Assembly (NCBI GenBank): GCA_951406725.2
Contig: OX597815.1
Span: forward strand, 148,738,001 to 148,802,000
Origin: Octopus vulgaris
Taxonomy: Eukaryota
Length of the DNA stretch: 64,000 bases
Reading direction: 5' to 3'
Shown here: one piece after another, positions 53,834-64,000 of the stretch
Position numbering within the stretch: the stretch's first letter is position 1
How the letters are laid out: the number at the start of each line of letters is the position of its first letter
Program-made: the position numbers and the translations under genes
The notes under the pieces: model-generated
Databases searched by the model: none
What the model saw: the letters and a program-made list of their open reading frames with translations, nothing else
Told to the model about the DNA's origin: nothing

Positions 53834-56569
53834 TTACACACATATATGTGTATGTATATATGTATATATATATATATTTTTTTTTATAGGTTGAAACCAT
53901 TCTTTTAATTGTAGGATTTTGTAATTTGATATTATGTGCTTCTTTAATGGATATTGTACAATATTTTTATATAAGAGAGAAGGAGCAGTGTTATAATGTA
54001 TACATATTATGTAAGGAGAGTAATACATGTACATCCGCAGAATATTACTAGGGTGAATGAAAATGTTAATGTGTTTGAATACACATAAGCGTTCACATTA
54101 TTGAGGGACAATGAAATATTAGTTTGTAACTGGGAACGACAGAAGCAAATTCTTTGTTTTTTAAAGTACAAATCTATGATAATGTTTCTCGTTAAATTCA
54201 GATGACTTTACAACGTAAAGATTTTTCCATGAAATTGTTAAAATGAGAATTGTCAATTTGTAGCTGTCATACATACGAGGATAATGAGGTTTATGTTTCT
54301 GTATAGGCGATAAGTGTCTGTATGTAGATGATTGGTTCAATTCATCATAGGAGCATTAAGTAGTTTTATTCTTATCACGCTATTTCACTACACTACCGAC
54401 TGCAGGTCTGTGTGCGTTGGGTACGTACTCTGGCTTGTTGTGATAGTTTCAATCACGTCCTACAGTGCGTTGCAGTGAAATCCTTATAATAATGCGAAGT
54501 TGTATCATCTTCAGGTTTCTGGGTTTGATTCGCAGTTAGAAATAAATAGAGACAAAATTGATGAGAATGTAAGAAGTACTATTTGTAGTTATGAAAATGG
54601 CAGATGACTTCGGGTTAATTATGAGATGCGGCTTTCTATTATGTGATATAATTGAGATGCAACATTCTAGTCTATGATATAATTCATAGAATAAGGGCAC
54701 TTGAAATGTGTTTACAGATTTGTGAAATATTTGGTTAACCTGTTTTTAGAAAGGATACTAAATAATATATTGATAATTGGACTACATAATTAGAGAGAAA
54801 TCACATATGTGCTATACTTCTCCTATCTCGGATTTAAGAGACTTCTAAAATTGTCTTGGCATACATTTTATCTTGTCTTAGTAAAAGATTTAATTAATGA
54901 CTAAGCTGGGTATATTTGCATACAGTAATCACTGAAGATTTAATTTGCTCGAAGACTGCGCGAAACGTCCGATATAATTAAGCGAAATGCCTTGTATAAT
55001 TTTGAAATGAGCATTGTTATGAAGTAGGCTTTCGGTATACTTGTTGGGACGATATTTAACCTAGGTGTATGGCAGTTAGTAATTTTATAGCTTTAAAATA
55101 TTGTTCAAATTTTATTTTAATGATAGGATTTCGGAGTTCTTTACTGAATGTTACCATACATGTAATGTAGAAAAACTATCTAGTAGGAGCGAACCGTTGA
55201 CAATATTTAGACCACATTGTAAAAATGTCGATTTGGTTTTAAGACAATCTACAATAAAAATTCTGAAGCTTTCACGTGAAACTTTAGAGACCTCATTAAT
55301 ATGAAATCCCTTGAAATATTTGTTATTTTTATTGACAAAGACGTGTTAGAGGAAAAAAAGAACTATTCTTGAATTTAGATTTCTGAGATTCCGGTCTGGG
55401 CCTAGGAATTCTGTTGTATTCAGAGAGGACTGTAAGATATACGTCATTAGCTTTTGCTGTGATGATGATCATCAGCCAATTGTTGTTGAGTTGGCAGTTG
55501 AGTAGAGTAGCCAGTCAATTGAGAAGCAAATTTATTTGCAATAAATGAATGCTAATCACAAATAAATGGAATTGGAAGAGCTAACAATTATGTTGCTTTG
55601 AGACAGCGTTCGGCCGTTGCAATGATGTGTTTGCATTGTTTTCGGAAATTCAGAGATTCTATCAGCATTAACTCAGATATGTTGCGACAAGGACATTTCC
55701 AATGATTCTGCATAAATTACTTAACAGAAATTGACAGTGCATGTGGAGGATTTATTTGATGATGGTTTCTATGGTGTTCATAACAGAGCACACATATATA
55801 CACATACACACATACACACACAGCCACACACAAACATGTATATATACCTATGTGACGCAAAAAGGCCAGCACGGTACTTCCTCATTAGTCTGATGTTATA
55901 AATATTTCAGCAACTTTTTTACATTACGTTACCTAGCATAGCTTAGGTATCGCAGGCATGTTTAACCCCAAATCATGAAACAAACGTGTCTAGCTACAGG
56001 ATTAATCTAACATATATGAATAGAAATGGCGTTTGTTGTGTTATCTCGTATGTTAAGTTAGATGATGTGACAAAAGTTGATAATTGCCCCAAAACTGGTT
56101 TAGCATATATAATAAAATATAAATCATTGTTAATCGGAGGTATTGAGATATAGCATATAATGAAAACTATATTCCTTAATTACTTCTGTATTTAACGTGC
56201 ACATGTGTCCGCAAATAGAGCTAACAACATGCGTGGACGGCTATTTGGAGTGAAAATGTTCAGTGTTAGATGATATTTACGCTTCATAAAACGGAGTCTA
56301 CATATTGTTTGCTTTTTTTAGTAAAGACAAAAGGCTAATTCGAATCGAAACCGTCTAAACGTAATACTTTACGTGGTGAATCTAGTTGTAGGGTAATGAT
56401 AGCATCTCCCAAACATATGTTGAACGGGGAAAAAAAGTGTGTTTGCAAAATATCATTTAAGCTTTGAGATGTGTACTTCAAAAGTAAGGCACTTCGAGCA
56501 GCTGCTGAAAAATTCCTGGATTAAGGAAAAAGAAAATACAGGAGCATCTGTCATTTCTTCTATTAACTT

Positions 56570-56990
56570 TTTTTTTTATCTTGGTCGAAAATTTTCTCAT
56601 TTGTGAAATATCAAATCTTCTGCTGGATTTTTCAGTTTGTTTAAGAGGCTTTTAAATCTGATGTAGTAGTTTACGTTTGCTTATTCCGACAAATTGACCT
56701 TCCCTCATCGTTTAAGACTTATATTTGATGCCTTCATAGGCAACATTTCTGACTATTCTTCCAACACATGGAGATATTTTGCAATTGACCTCATGGAATT
56801 TCTGTGATTATAATCAACGGTCTGTTCACTTTGCTGGAAAGATGCAGGTGTCCTAATAATTTCAGAGCGTTTAGCATGCATTTTATGCTTCAATACTGGT
56901 GATACTTTTCCATCCTCAGTCTCTCGCTCCTTATAAACTGTGTAGACAAAAGAACTGGCAACTTTTATAATATAGTAGCATGATTTATTC
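56570..56990 (-). mobile_element. Fragment of the Tc1/maT-like transposon family at 59100-60272
   Basis: Aligns to about 59670-60060 (VSPVLKH, IIRTP). Confidence 0.8.
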
Positions 56991-59099
56991 AACATATATA
57001 TGTTACGCAGAAACATAAATTTTACTATGTAATTATGTGAGTGCCTTGTCTGCGTGTGTTTATATACGAGCATATTTATAATTTGTGCATGCACATACTA
57101 TGAGTAATGATCAATAAGCTTATCATTTGAGTGAAAGCAGCAACTTGAGAAATAATGTAAAGCTGTCAAATAGTTGAACACTCAGTAATGTTTCGTTTCT
57201 GCTAAGGAATCAGAAAATGTAAATTTTATATGAGTGTTGGTCTGTAAAAGATTTGAATCAGTAAGTTTCGTAACATCTGTCTGTAAAATATGTTGGCTGC
57301 AAAGAAACACATATTGTTGTACTTCTGTATCGTGGTTGTGAATATTAAGGCCGCGATGACACGAATTAGGCAGCAGGTTCTCTGAAATGCTTGATATTGT
57401 TGCCGATGTTAGGGCGCCGTTTCATATACGAATGTTAAACTAATTCCCAATTGTTTAAAGAGCGTCGACTCAATTGATTGAGCTGTAAAATCATATGTGG
57501 ATGCTCAGTCATTCTCTGGCGATGCATGGCTATATTCTTCCGTTTACGAACAGGTGTTCTCCGCATACCATATATCATACCATTGAAGCTATTCTAATGA
57601 ATTGATTATTAATGGAAAGAATAGCATCTTCCTTTTATTATGTTCTATACTGTTTGCTGATGTATATCACTACGACTTTTAAAATAATATTAAAGCTATT
57701 CAGCTACAGGAAGTAAATAAAAAGAATATTTTTTTGTGAGAATAAACCAAAGAACAGCATATCGTTTCCTGTGGATGTTGTGGTTTACTGAAAAGTTAAT
57801 CCTTATCAAGATAATCTATGAGATTAGTCAACATTTGATTCCCTCGGGCATTTTTGTTCCCTGCAAATTTTACTGCGAACTACAATAAACAACATGCTTC
57901 ATTTCCAAAACTATATTTGATAACGTTAAGGTAGTTATTTCTATATGGTAGAAAACAACTCATAGATAACCACTTTTGTCTCATGATTCAAGTTAAATAT
58001 ACCTGCGATACCTTAACTGTGCTACGACATCTTAGTAAAACTAATGGTGAAATATTTAATGAATAACTGTACCAGTTTTATATAGAAATAGAAGATATTT
58101 TATTGTTATTTATTGAGTAGGATTATTTAGAGTTTGACATTCGTTGTTATGCCTGCTTTGGTATTAATCAGAAGGTAAAATTTCGCCTCAAGAAATATTT
58201 CCTATTTTATCCATCATGACAGCCATATTAAATATGTAACAAAATATAGAATAACAAAGTATTAAGCGTCAGATTTTAAGCTAAAGTTATTAATGGCTAT
58301 GAGGATGAATTAAATACTAAAATATATAATAAGAGATTAGTGTTAGCTGAAATAAATCAAAAACTAAAGTATGTTATATTTTCTATTAGTGATTTCTTTT
58401 TCACCATGAATAAACTTCCTGCTAACAAGTCTGTGGCAATTCATCACAAAATATTGTTGATGTCGATATTCATTAAGGTTTTATTTTTAAGTTACAAAGG
58501 TATCAATGTATGCTGTTTCTGTTATGTTCTTTTTTCCATTTTATAATTGGGAGCGATATTTCATTTTTTGTTATAATAGTGGCTCGATCCCGGTTAGTAA
58601 ATTTGCAAGCCCTAATAGATACAAAATAACAAAAACAGAAAAAAAGTTCATCACATCCGTAGCAGGATGTAACAGTTTATATTCGTTAGAAATAACAATC
58701 ATATCGTCATCAGGTATATTTAAATATATATAATATATATGTGTGTGTGTGTGTTTGCTTGTTTTTATGTGAGTGTATGTTTATGTTTGCTTTTATGTAT
58801 CTATATATACCTAAATATTTGTACGTTCATATACATATATATGCGTATATGTATATGTGTGGGTTCCTACAAATACATACATACATAACATATGCACACA
58901 CACGCACACACACATATGTATATAGATCGAAATATCATATATATATATATATATATGTTTCTATGTGTGTGTGTGCGCGTGTGTGCGTGTGTGTATGTAG
59001 AGTGTGCGTAAGACATTTGGGGACAGATTTGTGTTCATAAAAATGAAACAGATTCATAATAACAGATAATAAAATGTATATATAAAAAATGCTAGGAGA

Positions 59100-60272
59100 A
59101 TAAAATAAGTCTTCTTTTTTTTATAATGTTATACAATAAAGCCACTTCAACAACTGCTTCTATATGAGATCTAAATCATCTACATGCTCGAATCGTGTAG
59201 TCCTGGTTCATTTTGGATGTTACACTGTCTATGGTAGCTTTCAAAGAATCTTTGGTGTTATGGGCTTATTCATTGACCCATCTCTCAAAAGCGATACACA
59301 TATAAAAGTCCAATGGATTGAGACCTATTGATTTAGGAGTCCAAACTTTAGGGGTTACGTGATCATGTAAATTTTCAGCCATCCATTCTTGTGTTACTAC
59401 AGCCCGCATGAAAGTGCAGAGTCTTCCTAAAATATATTTGGCCTTCCATTACATACACGGTCTATCCAGGGCTTAAAAATTATTTCGAAGACTTCAACGT
59501 AGGCTGCAGACTAAACTCTAAGGTCATGTGGAAAGACGTAAGGAGGCATCACATGTCTTTCCTTGCTGACAACGCTTAAAACCATAAAAGTAGCGTGGAA
59601 ATTTATATGAATAATACTTGGAACCTCAGAAGTGTCTGCATATATTCATTTGTTATTTCTTCTATTATATTTTTGATCCTGGTCGAAGATTTTCTTGTTT
59701 GTGAAAAATCAAATCAAATCTTCTGCTGGATTTTTAAGTTTGTTTAGATCTGATGTATTGATTTTCTTTTGCTTTGTCCGACGCATTGACATTTTCACAT
59801 CCTATAAGACTTTTATCTGATGTCTTCGTAGACAATATTTCTGATTATTCTTTCTAACACATGGAGATCTTTTGCAATTGACCTCATGAAATTTCTGTGA
59901 TTATAATCAATGGTCAGTTGACCCTAATGGATTAATTCAGGTGTTCTGATGATATCAGAGCATTTAGAGTGCATTTCATGCTTTGATACTGGTGATACGT
60001 TTCTATCCACAGTCTCTAGCTCCTTATAATCTTCGTAGGCGAAAGATCGGGTAACTCTTAAAGATTGAGATATTTCGAAATCGCAATGCTCAGCCTTTAT
60101 AACCACAATAACAGCGTGCCTATTCATTTCTTGAGTAAGCTTATGGTCTGCCATAAATACCTCACTGCAGATAATCTCATTATTATTATCTGAAACAAAT
60201 ATTATACAGAGTTAGCAAAAATGCAGGAATGACCCAAAAAAGGTAAGTCTTCAAATACCTTGCACACCCTCT
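59100..60272 (-). mobile_element. Degenerate Tc1/mariner-superfamily transposon, maT (DD37D)-like
   Basis: ORF start 60154; EDSAL and LNPLDFY motifs with Asp codons 113 nt apart (D37D spacing minus 1 nt); end reads TA-TAGAGGGTGTGCAAG. Confidence 0.75.
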
Positions 60273-60790
60273 ATATGTGTATATCTATATATGTGTATGT
60301 GTATATATGTGTGTGCGTTTGTATGTTGGTGCGCGTTTGTGAGTGTGCATATATGTGTGTCTGCACAAACACATATGCACACACAGATACATATTATTTA
60401 AAATTATGTTTTGCCATGGCAGTTATCAGTTGTAAGTATTAAATGTGCTAATACTTATGATGCCCAGAATCGCAAACCTCTGGAATCCCATAAAATTTAT
60501 TTCACTGACGTGCTCAGCTACGTACTCATATATGTAAATACATTAATTCAAATGGAAGTGGATTTTCGTTCAAACCATTACATCTTACAGCTTGTTCGAA
60601 AATAATGAATCGTTCATAAACATATTTTTCTGCTCGGGTCATCTTATAACTCCGTCTGAGATATTATACCAATTGTTTGTTTACTGTTTGTTCACTGTTT
60701 GTTCACTGATTAAGGGATGTAAGTACGATTGTATACACATCTAGATAGGTTGATACTAAGAAAAAAAAAACAATTTAGATTTATAGCTAC

Positions 60791-61210
60791 ATGCGTGTTT
60801 GCGGGTTAGAAACTTGCTTCTCGGTCACATGGCTCTGTGTTTAATCCCACAGTATGGCACATTGAGGAAGTGTTTTCTACTCTAGTCTCGGAGCAACGAA
60901 ATCTTTGTTAGTTGATTTGATAGACGGAAAGAAATCCGTCGTAAATGTGTGTATGCGTGTTAGTGTACACGCACGCGTGGCTACATCATATGTGTCCTTG
61001 TATCTGTGTTCGTTAAACATCACCATTTGACAACCAGTATTGGTGTGTTTACGTCCCTGTAACTTAGCGTTTCGGCCAAAGGAGACGATAGAATAAGTAC
61101 CAAACTTCAGAAATAAGTATTGGTGTCACTTTGTTCTACTTCAAGATGGTGCTGTGACATGGCCACATACAGAATATTGAAACAAGTAAAAGAATGTAAG
61201 AATAAAAGAA
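60791..61210 (+). mobile_element. Degenerate SINE family B
   Basis: Aligns along its length with 21962-22430. Confidence 0.75.
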
Positions 61211-62689
61211 TATTTACCTATAAATTTTCTGGACATATGAATACACACATAATTACAAACAGATGCGGATAGACCCACACATACTCATACCTCAAAGGCA
61301 TGAACAATTGTTAAACATTCTTTTTGAAAAGGAGCATGTTGCATATTAAGAAATTTAATATATTTGAATGCTTCTGTGAATATTTGAAGATTGGGTGAGA
61401 GTTTTATATTTGTTAAGTTTGCTTGCTTTCTGAAATAACTGACTGACGAGTTCTTCCTATTGCACACGATAAGAAACACATTTACAAAGTGCATGTCTCT
61501 TCGCTGTTAACCTAAATTATCGTGTGAGATCGTTGACCGTTGATGTCTAACACAATATAGCGGCCCTAACTCTTATGAATGAGTTAGAAAAATATTCTTA
61601 ATGCGTAAATCAATATTCAAATTCTTGTATATAAAAGAGATATCTGAACCTAAATATTATTTATGTCAATTCTTAGTTACATATGCTCAATACGATTTTT
61701 GTAAATCTATCGTGCTTAAGTAGATGATTACGTTCTCATTTGAAACATAAATTTTAGTTCATCACCATCGAAAAGTACGAACGATCATAAACTACACATG
61801 TGACATAAAATTTGCTTTTCATATGTGCTCAGAGATTCATGCCTTGTCGTTAATACATAAATATGAGAACTGAATTCGAAGCCCAACCCCCATCTATTCT
61901 GTTACATTTCTAATTAGCCCAATGATGAGAACGCTTTTTCCACTGCATTAAATTAAGAAGCAAAATACCTCACTGCAGATAATCTCATTGAAATTCACAA
62001 GCTAAGAATGACATTTACTGTGATTTAGAATTTGCATTGCATTTATTGAATTCTAAATTTCTATAGTCTGTCATATATTTCATACACAATTAAATCACCA
62101 TTTCTATAGCAACTTGTATTTTTCAAACATGTTGAAGAAAGTTGGTAAAATCAATAGGTATTTTGAATAAAGCAAAGTTTGCAATATATTTATAGAATTT
62201 AAAATTTCCATGGCATTATTCTAATATAAATTCGCAGACGAAGTGAAAGGAATAAATCATTTGTTTCTAACTTGTGCTATAGCTGAAGATAAACAATATA
62301 TTATCTTAACATTCCTCAATACATTCATCTATGTACAGTAAAATTGCTTCAACCTTCCAGCTATCAGAAAAGTCGTGTGTCTGATTCAGTCATTTCTCTG
62401 AACTATTACAGTGGTTACGAAGGTAAAAGATCAATATTATGAATGATTTAACTGCATAAAATAAAATAATATAGTAAATATCGATTTATATTAGACTATT
62501 GCGCGTTGAATATGAATATTTCTAATTCAAACGAGATGTTAATAAAAAAAATCAACAACAGCATCCAAATCGGGAATATATGTAGTCAGATCAACCTCAA
62601 TATTAGCAAAAGCTATTACTCCTGCATTGCACACGCGATCATATTTAAATATTCATGCAGTATACACACTTACACCCACACACATTAGT

Positions 62690-62897
62690 AATAAGGATTT
62701 CAGATTTTTTACAAGGCCAGCAATATCGGGTTAAGAGGGAAGTCGATTACATCGCTGCAAGTGCTCATCTGGTACGTATTTTGTGACCACGAAATGTTAA
62801 TTTGCAAGGCGGAATTCAAACTCAGAACTTGAAATCAGACGAAATGTCGCTAAATTTGTTGCCTGGCGTGCTAACGATTCTCTCAACTCGCTACCTT
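62690..62897 (-). mobile_element. Degenerate SINE related to family A
   Basis: GGCGGAATTCAAACTCAGAAC..CCTGGCGTGCTAACG..AACTCGC is the reverse complement of the family A head. Confidence 0.7.
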
Positions 62898-63239
62898 CGC
62901 ATATTATTTAATATTTCAGTTTTAAAAACACCCTATCACCACAAAGTTAAAAAAAAACATATTCGACCTCTTATGTACGAATTTCACTCACGTGTTTACC
63001 TGCGATATACCCTTATTAGGAATTTTATATTTAACAAATACGTTTAGTTATCTTTCTTTACGAAATAAAAACTCTATCATTTACAGTATCTTTTGAGCAC
63101 GTCTTTCTCACGCGTTCGACGTATCTAATGTAAATACACACACACTCACAGAAACAAACATGTGTATGAACATGTACATACATTCAAATATACATATATA
63201 CAAACACGCACATAGATAGATATATAGATATATATATAT

Positions 63240-63307
<68 letters not shown>

Positions 63308-64000
63308 GTATATGTGTATAACATTACTAAATGACTTTGCGGCTAATTCCGATTTAGTCTACTAACTATGGATGAAGTTTGTTGTTACACAATGGACTCT
63401 ATTCTAAACCTGATTGAAGACAATTTTGAAAATGAAAGGCGACCTACCTATATAATATACGAGACCCCCACCTATAACTGACTAACTTTCGATGTTACCC
63501 TTTTTGATTAAATAAAACTGAATGCCTGAAAGGAAAATAAAAGAGAATAAATTTCCATATGAATATATTTTATTGCTTCATGTTATGTGAAAATTTATTT
63601 TGATAAACATTTTTTCAATAACTTCTTGTCTTCATACATACACTTATATCTGCATACTCAACTTAAACGTTGGCGCATAGATTGAAGCGAAAAAATGTCG
63701 AAAGTCATTCAATGAAAAAATAAAAAAAGATGACAATATTTAAAATGAAAAGCGTTATCAATCTTATTCTTAATAAGAATTGCATTTCTTTTTCCCCTGT
63801 TGACTGGGAAATGACATGTCTACTGAATACGTTCTTTTCAAAATATTTCAATACATACTTATTTTGTTCAGCTCCAAACACAAATTTATATAGATTTCAT
63901 AACAGCGTTATGTATTTTAATCTTGTTTTATTTCTCAACCCACTCCTATGCTAGTTTTTTTTTCTAGTTTATGACGTGCTTTGAGTGCATTACATATTGA

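Overview
AT-rich, repeat-dense eukaryotic DNA, intergenic or intronic. The SINE families, dense (TA)n/(CA)n/(TAGA)n/(TAA)n microsatellites and transposon mix resemble an octopus/cephalopod genome (inference). No host protein-coding gene can be supported; nearly all track ORFs are microsatellite read-throughs or transposon relics. Identifiable content: CR1-type LINE fragments (one with an uninterrupted RT ORF ending at 35413), three tandem R4/Dong-type LINE relics, an ORF1-only zinc-knuckle retroelement, several tRNA-derived SINE families, mariner/Tc1/maT relics and MITEs, non-autonomous Helitrons and a Penelope-type GIY-YIG relic. The most interesting signal is a dispersed set of type I hammerhead ribozyme motifs. 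They sit in short non-coding elements built as direct repeat-hammerhead-direct repeat units or as fold-back palindromes, resembling Penelope pseudo-LTRs or retrozymes. The best copy lies in both arms of a 416-bp inverted repeat at 2828-3725. All alignments and folds were done by eye.
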